Source: Candidatus Heimdallarchaeota archaeon (lineage in GTDB: Archaea > Asgardarchaeota > Heimdallarchaeia > Heimdallarchaeales > Heimdallarchaeaceae). From it: a stretch of DNA of 64,000 nucleotides. The stretch lies in contig JAAFKI010000045.1 of the NCBI GenBank assembly GCA_021399345.1, forward strand, positions 1 through 64,000, written 5' to 3'. Both the position numbers and the translations under genes were made by a program. Positions 52,290-60,771 of this stretch are shown here, piece after piece (the first letter of the stretch is position 1; each line of letters opens with the position of its first letter). Below the pieces are notes generated by a model. It was not told the DNA's origin. It ran no database searches and saw only the letters and a list, made by a program, of their open reading frames with translations.

Positions 52290-54080
52290 ATGAAATCCAC
52301 AAATAAAGTACAAAATAATAAATTTGTATTAGATACTAATTTCTTTATCAGTGGATTTGAAACAAATCCTTCAGAATTTGCGTTATTCCTAGAAATAATA
52401 ACAGAAATGGGGATTGAACTTTTTGTTACAAATAATATACTGCAGGAAATTCGCTGGTATCTCCGCAGAAGAATCAAGCCCCCAATTCAAATCATAAAAA
52501 TCCCAATCAAAGAGATTAGAGATTACAGAGAGAATTTAGACAAAGAAGAGCTTTCATCACCTCAAATTAATGATTTATCAAATATAGTAGCAGCAAAACA
52601 AGTCAATGCAGTTGTGGTATCAAGTGATTTAAAGCTTGTAAAAACTTGTGAAACATTAAATGTTCCTGTTTTGATTAGCTCTTCGTTTGTATTCTTACTA
52701 AGAAACACTTGTTCTCATGAAGCTCATAATGAGGTTTTAGAAAAACTCCATGATATTGTTCTATCAGATGAGATAAGACATTCTGTTGAAAAAAGGCAAA
52801 TGTTTGATCCTGTAACCAGAATTAAAAAAATCCAAGAGCATGCAATCAATGTGCTACAGAATATTATTACTGCAAATCAAATATCTCCAGAAAGGGAGAC
52901 TTCGAAATATCATACCTTAGTAGAAGAGAATAATCTTATCGAACTAATGAATGAATTGGAATTTGAGTTTCCAAATTACATAGAAGAAATGGAGAAGGGG
53001 AATCTTGAAGTTTTAAGGTTAGAACTTGAAGAGGCTTATATTGAACTATCTGATCAATCTTTAGAACTTCGAATTGCACTTCTAGAAAAGGAAAGTTACA
53101 TTGAGGAGTTATCTATTCGGTTAAAAGCTAGAATACTTTACCTGCTTAGTGTAGTTGAGTTTACACTTCTGGATTTTGAAAAATTAGATGGTCATCTGAA
53201 TATTATTACTGAAGTTTCTATAATTTTCCCTAATCTTGTTTCAGACATTTTCATGGACCTGCATTTCCTAAGAATGGTTTATTTTCTAGTCACAGATAAT
53301 CACGAAAGATTGAAAGGATATTATACTGAAAAATTCCTATTTCTATGTGAAAAACAAAATCGCTTAGACTTACTAGGTCTAACTAGAGCTGTTATTTTAG
53401 CATCAACCATAATGGAAAGTGGTTTAATAGATAAAAGGGCAGTAATTGAAGAAAAAGATGAAATTTCCTTACTCATTCAAATTGGTTATATTTTACTGCA
53501 AAAGGAGCAATTTGAACATGCCTTATTGATACTTCTCCAATCACATTACCTTGCTTTAAATCTTGAAGATCAAGTTCTTTCAAAAGATACTTTGGAATTA
53601 CTTGTAGTTCTTCATTATGCGATAAAGGAGCGATGTACAGAAGAAATTTATCAAGGAATTGAAGATTTACAAGAATTAGGAATTTATGAACTTCCAGTAA
53701 TTAGTATAGCAAATATTAATGAATTACAAAGATTAATCTCTCATGAATATGTCCTTAAAGAGGAGTTAGATATCTTTTTGCAAGATTGGTTTTATATCTA
53801 CCAAAGTGGTACTCTCATTAGAGAAGGTGAAGTTTACTCCTTTATACTTCTTAAAAATCCATATTATTCTCCAAGAATAGGTTTAATCCGAAAAACACCA
53901 TTTTCTACTTATGATACGAGTCCTGGAAGACAAGTCAAACTATATGAGGGAAAGGTCAAAGTTGTAATTCCTAAAGAATCTACAATTGGTGGCTTTCCAA
54001 TAGATCTCATTATGCAAGTTGAAGAGAAAGAAGCAAAATTTATTTTCAGAGGACCATTTGGAATGAAAATAATCCTATGA
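52290..54080 (+). CDS. PIN-domain protein with helical-repeat middle and beta-rich C-terminus
   Basis: FVLDTNF, LQEI, NDLS, VSSDLKL acidic PIN residues; ATG 52290 is 1 bp after the upstream stop. Confidence 0.75.
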   Translation: MKSTNKVQNNKFVLDTNFFISGFETNPSEFALFLEIITEMGIELFVTNNILQEIRWYLRRRIKPPIQIIKIPIKEIRDYRENLDKEELSSPQINDLSNIVAAKQVNAVVVSSDLKLVKTCETLNVPVLISSSFVFLLRNTCSHEAHNEVLEKLHDIVLSDEIRHSVEKRQMFDPVTRIKKIQEHAINVLQNIITANQISPERETSKYHTLVEENNLIELMNELEFEFPNYIEEMEKGNLEVLRLELEEAYIELSDQSLELRIALLEKESYIEELSIRLKARILYLLSVVEFTLLDFEKLDGHLNIITEVSIIFPNLVSDIFMDLHFLRMVYFLVTDNHERLKGYYTEKFLFLCEKQNRLDLLGLTRAVILASTIMESGLIDKRAVIEEKDEISLLIQIGYILLQKEQFEHALLILLQSHYLALNLEDQVLSKDTLELLVVLHYAIKERCTEEIYQGIEDLQELGIYELPVISIANINELQRLISHEYVLKEELDIFLQDWFYIYQSGTLIREGEVYSFILLKNPYYSPRIGLIRKTPFSTYDTSPGRQVKLYEGKVKVVIPKESTIGGFPIDLIMQVEEKEAKFIFRGPFGMKIIL

Positions 54081-55052
54081 TTCTAACCATGATTTGATTG
54101 TTTCAGTTAGTTCTTTATTTGTAAAAGGATGTCGTTTGATTTTTTCAATTATTTGACTTATATCATGTCTTCTTTGAGTTGCAAGGACACCCATTTCCAT
54201 TAATGCATCTCTGGCTTTTGTAAAAGCTTGTATTAGCTCATCTTTATCAGACTCAACATAGACAACTGACATCAAATTTTCATATACTTGCTCTGGGGTA
54301 AGACTCCCCCAGTTCTTTGATATATCTGTCATTTCAGCAAACTCTGATGAGATAACAGCAAAACCCCTTCCAACCTTCTTAATGAAATTCTTTTGCATTA
54401 ACCTAAAAATTGCTCTTGAAATATCTTGAGGTTCAATTTTTAATTTTTGGTTTATTTCATCTTCAGTCAAAGGCATTTCTGCTTTGAGAAGAAGTCCTAG
54501 AATTTGCTGATCTGGTGTTCCACTTTCACTACAATGAATAGCTAAATCTCTTAGTGAAGAAACAAAGACATCATCTGTTGGTTTTTTGTAATAGGCCATT
54601 AAAGTATCAACAAAATTGTTAACTGGGCCTAAATCTAACTCAGGAATATTTGAAACACTTGATTCGCTAGGAGGTTCATGAAGTGGGGTTGGAGGACTAG
54701 AAGTTGTTTGTGATGAGCTTTCTTGAAGAGTATTAATTTCCATTTCTTTCTGCTGAACAGTTTTTTGTAGTTCATGTTCTCGATCGCTTCTTGCTTTCTT
54801 GTCTTGCTCAAAGAACATTCTTTCTTCTTCTACTCTCTTAGAATATTCTTGTAATTCCAAATCTTTGTTTTGTATAACTTGATTAAATTTTGAAATTTCT
54901 ACTTGCAGTTCTTCAATTCTATTGGACTGAGTAGCAATTCTTTGTTGCAATTGCTGTATAAACTGCTGTTGAGCTTGAGTTCTTAACTTTGCTTTCTTTG
55001 GATCGTCTTTAGAATTTTCGTCATCAAATGGATTATGAACCATCCCATTCAC
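54075..55052 (-). CDS. Coiled-coil protein with wHTH
   Basis: Q-rich coiled coil, Pro/Ser linker, QILGLLL...LTEDEI...ISRAIFRLMQKNFI. Confidence 0.7.
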   Translation of the reverse strand: MNGMVHNPFDDENSKDDPKKAKLRTQAQQQFIQQLQQRIATQSNRIEELQVEISKFNQVIQNKDLELQEYSKRVEEERMFFEQDKKARSDREHELQKTVQQKEMEINTLQESSSQTTSSPPTPLHEPPSESSVSNIPELDLGPVNNFVDTLMAYYKKPTDDVFVSSLRDLAIHCSESGTPDQQILGLLLKAEMPLTEDEINQKLKIEPQDISRAIFRLMQKNFIKKVGRGFAVISSEFAEMTDISKNWGSLTPEQVYENLMSVVYVESDKDELIQAFTKARDALMEMGVLATQRRHDISQIIEKIKRHPFTNKELTETIKSWLES

Positions 55053-55145
55053 CTAACTTTTCTTAAGAACCGTATCAAATAAAGTTATTCATTTAGTGCT
55101 TAGGAGTTAACAAAAGAAGCAATAAAAATTGCCACTCTGGATTGT

Positions 55146-55766
55146 TTACTCAAGGTTCAATATCTCTTTGATAATCGTTTCAAAGCTTGTCTGATTTTCA
55201 TCCAAAGTAACATAGGGCCAGATTCTATTTTCAGTACTCATCACATATTCAGCTAGAGCTATTACGTCTCCAACACCATAACCAAGTTCTTTCTTGTTTC
55301 TAGCCAAGAAATTGTCGAAGTTTCTTAGTAACTCATCTTCTTTTGCCTTGGCACCTTTTGTTTCTTCAAGACGATCTGGATTGTCAAGCCTTTTGAACCT
55401 AGTTTTCATAGAAGTATGAAAAGCAATTACAAATACATTATCATTACCATAATGTTTTCTTAATATTTCAACCTCTGAAACAGCTCTTATTCCTGAGATA
55501 AAAACACCAGGGATTTCACTTGAAAGTTTATCTATTTTTTTCATTAACCTTTCTGTAAAAAAGCTATCTGAAATCTGCTTACATTCATCAGTAACCTTCT
55601 TAATATTTTCAGGTGTGAATTCAAAACCTCTACTTGTCACTTCTTCTAGAACTTCAGTACCGGTTTCATACAAGGGCATACTATATTTAGGCCCAATTAC
55701 TTTAGCATTTGTTGTTTTACCACTTAAAGGCAACCCAGAGAGAACTACTATTTTCACCAATTTCAC
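55146..55766 (-). CDS. Archaeal P-loop kinase (UPF0200 / dephospho-CoA kinase-like)
   Basis: SGLPLSGKT, SGIRAVSEV, ELGYGVGDVIALA. Confidence 0.75.
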   Translation of the reverse strand: MKLVKIVVLSGLPLSGKTTNAKVIGPKYSMPLYETGTEVLEEVTSRGFEFTPENIKKVTDECKQISDSFFTERLMKKIDKLSSEIPGVFISGIRAVSEVEILRKHYGNDNVFVIAFHTSMKTRFKRLDNPDRLEETKGAKAKEDELLRNFDNFLARNKKELGYGVGDVIALAEYVMSTENRIWPYVTLDENQTSFETIIKEILNLE

Positions 55767-55774
55767 CTACAGAT

Positions 55775-55851
55775 ATTTTGGCCAGAGAGCTCACTCTCGT
55801 CACCGCTAGCCATAACATTGCTCAGAGAGGTCTATGATAAGCTCTGGCCAT
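55775..55851 (-). ncRNA. Candidate archaeal H/ACA-like guide sRNA (single hairpin with K-turn)
   Basis: Minus strand: basal stem TGGCCAGAG/CTCTGGCCA, internal loop, upper stem CTCTC/GAGAG carrying CTGA and GTGACGA (K-turn), A-rich ANA-type box about 14 nt from the upper stem; TTTTAAA TATA just upstream. Confidence 0.55.
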
Positions 55852-55911
55852 ATATACTAAAAAAAGGACATTTAAAAAATCAGTGGTTGAACGTTAAAAG
55901 AGAAAAAGTGA

Positions 55912-57135
55912 TTAAAGGAGTCTCTTTTCACCTTCAATTTTCCTTATATCAGTTATATCTTGTGTAACTTCTAGAACGCCCAAGTATTCTCCAGTTTTGT
56001 TTCTAACAGGAAAATATCGAATGAGAATAAATCTATCTCCTAACTCTAACCAGAATTCAGCTTTGTCAAGAGTTTTGTTTTTAAATTTATCAATGATTTC
56101 CATCACTTTGTCTACACTTCTGGAAGGATGACAGTTTTCAACTAATCTACCTATTACACTTGGTGTTCGAATAAATACTCTATCTGGACCTTCACTGTAA
56201 AATTTCACAACATCATCTTTATCAACAAATGTTGTATCTATTGGGAGTGTTTTGAAAATCTGTTGGACAATTTCCAAATCCAAGATTCCATTACCTAAAT
56301 CAACCTGTTTTTCATCAACCATAACAGGTTTAGATACCTCTTCTACTTCATCCTTTACAGGTGTAACTTCAGGAGAAAGGAAGAAATATCCAATATCATC
56401 AAATTGCTTTCTTACATCAACCCAATCTGATTCTTTTAGGAGTTTCATAGCTGTTGGGAACAACACTTTGTTCTCTTTTGGGAAATGACTTGCTAGCATT
56501 TCAGCTAAACCATGAGCATAAAGATGGAATTTTTCAAGAAAAATTGGAAATTCAAGTTCATTTTTGTTCTTAACTAAACTGATCAGATTTTTCTCCAAAT
56601 CTCGTATTCGATCATGGTCAATCCACATGATTTTGGGGGGTTGTGTTACACCATATTTTTCTAAGTATGGAAATAGAACATTTTCTTCTCTGAGATAATG
56701 ATCTTCAGATTTTTGAATCATATCAACTATACTCTCAATCTCAATTAATTCATTGATAATTTCGGGAAACCTATTTTTCTTGCTGATTTCTTTGTAAATA
56801 TCTCTCAATCTATTGACTTTTTCTAAGAGTATTGTGTGTTCTTGCATAAGAATATTAATTGGATGCCCTTCAGGGGCCAAATCTTGTTCTTCTTCAAGTG
56901 TTTCTTGGAGAATTGCTAAATGAACATCACACATATGATGTATTTCTTCAATAGGCATACCTTCCTTTATGAGTTGTTCCTCAGCTTGAGCAATTTCATA
57001 AGAAGAGAGATTTTTAATAACATCTTTAAACTCTTCTTTTACCTTTTTAGGATCTACTCCCTCGTGTAATTTCTTGATGAGTTTTTTAATAGCTTCTTTA
57101 TTCTTTATAGATTTTTCACTTACTTTCTCGTGCAT
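55912..57135 (-). CDS. DUF438 + hemerythrin + PAS domain protein
   Basis: LHEG...EQLIKEG...MCDVH, GHPI...EH, HYLREENVLFP, HFPKE..LFP, C-terminal PAS (ENCHP...QDIT). Confidence 0.88.
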   Translation of the reverse strand: MHEKVSEKSIKNKEAIKKLIKKLHEGVDPKKVKEEFKDVIKNLSSYEIAQAEEQLIKEGMPIEEIHHMCDVHLAILQETLEEEQDLAPEGHPINILMQEHTILLEKVNRLRDIYKEISKKNRFPEIINELIEIESIVDMIQKSEDHYLREENVLFPYLEKYGVTQPPKIMWIDHDRIRDLEKNLISLVKNKNELEFPIFLEKFHLYAHGLAEMLASHFPKENKVLFPTAMKLLKESDWVDVRKQFDDIGYFFLSPEVTPVKDEVEEVSKPVMVDEKQVDLGNGILDLEIVQQIFKTLPIDTTFVDKDDVVKFYSEGPDRVFIRTPSVIGRLVENCHPSRSVDKVMEIIDKFKNKTLDKAEFWLELGDRFILIRYFPVRNKTGEYLGVLEVTQDITDIRKIEGEKRLL

Positions 57136-57160
57136 TTCTAGTCAATCCAATGTTTTTTAC

Positions 57161-57208
57161 AGTTTGAGAGAGCTTTATAGCCCCTATACGAGCTCTCTTT
57201 AGCAAACT
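57161..57208. promoter_or_regulatory. Long inverted repeat/hairpin between the divergent DUF438 gene and grpE
   Basis: AGTTTG-AGAGAGCT-T-TATAG ccc CTATA-CG-AGCTCTCT-TTAG-CAAACT. Confidence 0.6.
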
Positions 57209-57343
57209 CTAAATAAATATTTAGTTGGACCCAAACTTATGTTTATCGAAATAAAACAAAGAGAGATTTTTTATTGGTCGAATAGAAGATTTTAAATGTC
57301 AGTAATTGGGCTGAAAAACGAGATTCAAAGGTGGGTTTTTCCT

Positions 57344-58030
57344 ATGTTTGAAAAAGCTGATAATCCCGATAAAGAAAAAGAATTCATTGAAGTAGATGTA
57401 GATAGTGAGCCTGAGGAACAAGTTTCTCAAGAGGAAATAAAGCTCATTCCAGAAGAGGTTGAAAAAAATCATCTATCTGTTGAAATACTAAATCTTGTAA
57501 ATAACAATCAAGTTGATGAATTAACTGAAATAATCTGGACTTTAAAACAAGAATTAAGGGAAGCGAAAATCAAGCAAGACGAGTTTCTTTATACAGCTCA
57601 AAGGGTTCAAGCAGATTTTGAAAATTTCAAAAAGAGAATACAAAAAGATCAAGAATTCTCCAATTATCGCGTTAAAAGTAGCATTTTGCTAAAACTTACA
57701 ACCCTATATGATGATTTAGAGAGAACTCTCACAGTTTTGAATGAGAATGATGATTTGAAATCTTCTAAAGAAGCAATTAAGATGATTTTTAACAATACAA
57801 AATCCACTTTCGAAACTTTAGGAATTGAACCCATAAATCCAATTGATGAGATATTTGATTCAAAATATCATGAAGCTCTTTACACAGTTGAAGATGCTAA
57901 AAAAACTAAAAACCGAATAATAGAAGTTGTGTCAAAGGGATTTATGTTAGAGGGGATTTTACTAAAACCTGCAAAAGTTGTTATTGCTAAACCTCCTCAA
58001 GAGAAGAAAGAGGACGAGGATAGTAGTTAA
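57344..58030 (+). CDS. grpE: Nucleotide exchange factor GrpE
   Basis: QRVQADFENFKKR, DDLERT, FDSKYHEAL, KGFML...LKPAKVVIA. Confidence 0.92.
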   Translation: MFEKADNPDKEKEFIEVDVDSEPEEQVSQEEIKLIPEEVEKNHLSVEILNLVNNNQVDELTEIIWTLKQELREAKIKQDEFLYTAQRVQADFENFKKRIQKDQEFSNYRVKSSILLKLTTLYDDLERTLTVLNENDDLKSSKEAIKMIFNNTKSTFETLGIEPINPIDEIFDSKYHEALYTVEDAKKTKNRIIEVVSKGFMLEGILLKPAKVVIAKPPQEKKEDEDSS

Positions 58031-58155
58031 GTTTTATTTCATATCTTTGTAGGAAATTTTAATTAATGGATTGATTATCAATATGATAATAAGATTAGAA
58101 TTAACTTATAGTTTCTATTACAACTATAATAAATAAACTCTTTCAAGGTATTATC

Positions 58156-59196
58156 ATGAGTAAATTAGGTATTGTATCCTATGGTTCGTATATCCCCAAA
58201 TATCGTATATCTATTGAAGAAATAGCTAAGGTTTGGGATGACGATCCTAATGAAATTATCTCACAGTTACAGGTTTTTAGTAAATCAGTTCCTGGACCAG
58301 ATGAAGATGTAGCTACGATGTCTGTTGAAGCAGCAAGAAATACAATAAGTCGATGGAAGGGGAATCCTCAAGACGTAGGTGCAATCTATGTTGGGAGCGA
58401 ATCTCACCCTTATGCAGTTAAACCTACAGCTACAATTGTCGCAGCAGCTATTGATGCTGAAAAGGAATTAACTGCTGCAGATTTGGAATTTGCATGTAAA
58501 GCTGGAACTGCTGGGATGCAAATGTGTTTCGGATTAGTTAAGTCTGAAATGATAAAATTTGGTTTAGCTATAGGTTCAGATGACAGCCAAGCTAAACCAA
58601 GAGATCCTCTAGAATATACAGCTGGAGCTGGAAGTGCAGCTTTTCTAATTGGTAAGGAGAGAGTTGTAGCAGAGCTAGAAGGGACGTATTCAATTACTAC
58701 AGATACACCAGATTTTTGGAGAAGAGAAGGAGCAGTATTTCCTTCTCATGGAAATAGATTTACAGGACAACCAGCATACTTTCAACATACTGTTGATGCT
58801 TCCAAAGGATTAATGGAAAAACTTGGAACCAAACCTTCAGATTATAATCATGTCACGTTTCATCAACCTAATACTAAGTTTCCTCTTACAGTTGCAAAAA
58901 TGCTAGGCTTTACAACTGACCAAATTGATATTAGTTTAATATGCAAAAACATTGGAAATGCATATTCCGCTTCATCAATGCTAGGATTAGCACATATCCT
59001 TAACAATTCTAATCCAGGAGATAGAATATTTATGACTTCATATGGCAGTGGAGCTGGAAGTGATGCGTTTTCATTTTCAATTACTGATGAGATTGAAGAA
59101 CTCAAATCATATCCACTAACAGTTGAACATTATTTGAACAACAAGGAACAAATTAACTATGGTAAGTATTCTAGATACAAGGGGATATTGAGGTGA
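58156..59196 (+). CDS. Hydroxymethylglutaryl-CoA synthase (archaeal)
   Basis: GSESHPYAVKP, EFACKAGT (catalytic Cys), HQPN, SYGSGAGSD. Confidence 0.93.
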   Translation: MSKLGIVSYGSYIPKYRISIEEIAKVWDDDPNEIISQLQVFSKSVPGPDEDVATMSVEAARNTISRWKGNPQDVGAIYVGSESHPYAVKPTATIVAAAIDAEKELTAADLEFACKAGTAGMQMCFGLVKSEMIKFGLAIGSDDSQAKPRDPLEYTAGAGSAAFLIGKERVVAELEGTYSITTDTPDFWRREGAVFPSHGNRFTGQPAYFQHTVDASKGLMEKLGTKPSDYNHVTFHQPNTKFPLTVAKMLGFTTDQIDISLICKNIGNAYSASSMLGLAHILNNSNPGDRIFMTSYGSGAGSDAFSFSITDEIEELKSYPLTVEHYLNNKEQINYGKYSRYKGILR

Positions 59197-59200
59197 TGAT

Positions 59201-60382
59201 ATGAGTAAAAGAGAAGTCTATATTATAGGATATGGTATAACTAAATTTGGTGAGCACTATGAACTGAATCCAAGTTCTAGCGCATCACAAGCTCTATCTA
59301 AAGCTATTCAAGATGCAAAGATTAGTAAGGATCTGATTCAAAGTTTATATTTTGGTTCAATGGTTTCAAATAGGAACAATCAGTCTTACATAGGAGGAAA
59401 AGCTTGTAGAGAGTGTAATTTGAACATACCAATAACTAAAGTTGATGTAGGAAATGCAAGTGGAGCTGGAGCTTTTCATCAAGCTTTCATAGCTATAAAA
59501 AGTGGTCTTCTAGAATGTATTGCAATACTAGGTACAGAGAAATTAAGTGATTTTGTCAATAGTAGTACACTGGAAAAAATTCTTGGAGGTACAATTGATT
59601 ATCAATGGGAATTTGAGCAAGGGGCCACTTTAACAAGTCTGTATGCTTGGATGTCTCAAGCTCATATGAAGGAGTTCAATACAACCATGGAACAATTAGC
59701 GTCAGTTCCAGTCAAAAACCACAAGAATGGAGTGAATAATCCAATCGCTCAATTCAGACGTGAAATCTCATTAAAACGATTTCTCAGTGCAAAGAGAATT
59801 TCACCCCCTATAGGAAGATTTGATCCTGCAACCCACTGTGATGGTAGCGCTGCAGTAATAATAGCTTCCAAGGAATTCGTGGAAAACCACTCAGAAATTG
59901 AAAGAAAGGTTAAAGTTGTGGGTTCAGCTCAAAGCTCGGATAAAATATCATTACACCATAGGGAAACCTTATCATCACTTCTAGCAACCCAAATTACCTC
60001 AAAAAAAGCTTATGAAATGGCTCAGATTTCGTCGAAGGATATTAGTATTGCCGAAGTACATGATTCATATCCGATAGGAGAGATTCTAGCCATAGAAGAT
60101 TTGGGATTCTTCCAAAAAGGAGAGGGCGGCAAAGCTACAGTTGAAGGAAAAACTCAACTTAACTCAGATATTAGTATAAATACCAGTGGAGGTCTCAAAG
60201 CAAGAGGGGATCCTTTCGGTGCAACAGGAATCGCTCAAATTATTGAAATTGTCCAGCAAATGAGAAGAGAAGCTGATAAGAGACAAGTTGATGATATAAA
60301 GTATGGTCTAACACAGAATGTAATGGGGACTGGAGCAAGTGTTTTAGTGCATATACTTTCAAATATGGAGGATGATAAATAA
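59201..60382 (+). CDS. Thiolase-fold protein (acetoacetyl-CoA thiolase position), canonical catalytic residues substituted
   Basis: Thiolase fold (TKFGEH, KNH, CDGSAA, NTSGGLKARG) but GNASG, HDSY and GDP instead of ACASG, HDCF and GHP. Confidence 0.85.
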   Translation: MSKREVYIIGYGITKFGEHYELNPSSSASQALSKAIQDAKISKDLIQSLYFGSMVSNRNNQSYIGGKACRECNLNIPITKVDVGNASGAGAFHQAFIAIKSGLLECIAILGTEKLSDFVNSSTLEKILGGTIDYQWEFEQGATLTSLYAWMSQAHMKEFNTTMEQLASVPVKNHKNGVNNPIAQFRREISLKRFLSAKRISPPIGRFDPATHCDGSAAVIIASKEFVENHSEIERKVKVVGSAQSSDKISLHHRETLSSLLATQITSKKAYEMAQISSKDISIAEVHDSYPIGEILAIEDLGFFQKGEGGKATVEGKTQLNSDISINTSGGLKARGDPFGATGIAQIIEIVQQMRREADKRQVDDIKYGLTQNVMGTGASVLVHILSNMEDDK

Positions 60383-60771
60383 TGGAACCACCCAAAATAT
60401 GGAGAGAGAGAAGAGAGAAATATCTAGCTTTGGGAATCTTATGTCAGGAATGTAAAAGGAAGAGTTTTCCAATCACTCTATATTGTCCTCACTGCTCTAG
60501 TGAAAATATTTCAGAACTGAAACTTGCACAAACAGGGAAAATTCTTCATTTTACAAGAGTAACTCAGACCGCAGAAGAATTGATGTTGTATGCGCCTTAC
60601 ATAATTGGTCTTGTTGAATTAGACGATGGCATCAAAGTAACTGGACAAATTACTGATACCAAACTTGAGGATCTTACAGAAGGAATGAAAGTTCGAATGG
60701 TTTTCAGAATTTTATCAAAAAATGGTGAAGAAGGATTAATCGGATATGGATTTAAGTTTGTACTTATCTAA
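60382..60771 (+). CDS. DUF35 Zn-ribbon/OB-fold scaffold protein
   Basis: CQEC...CPHC, APYIIGLVEL, GMKV.MVFR, YGFKF; follows HMGCS-thiolase. Confidence 0.9.
   Translation: MEPPKIWRERREKYLALGILCQECKRKSFPITLYCPHCSSENISELKLAQTGKILHFTRVTQTAEELMLYAPYIIGLVELDDGIKVTGQITDTKLEDLTEGMKVRMVFRILSKNGEEGLIGYGFKFVLI

Noticed and set aside
55779-55850. SAM-I riboswitch (CTTATCA start) or tRNA
   Set aside because: No SAM-I core (GCAACC, GTGC) and no cloverleaf or TTCGA T-loop
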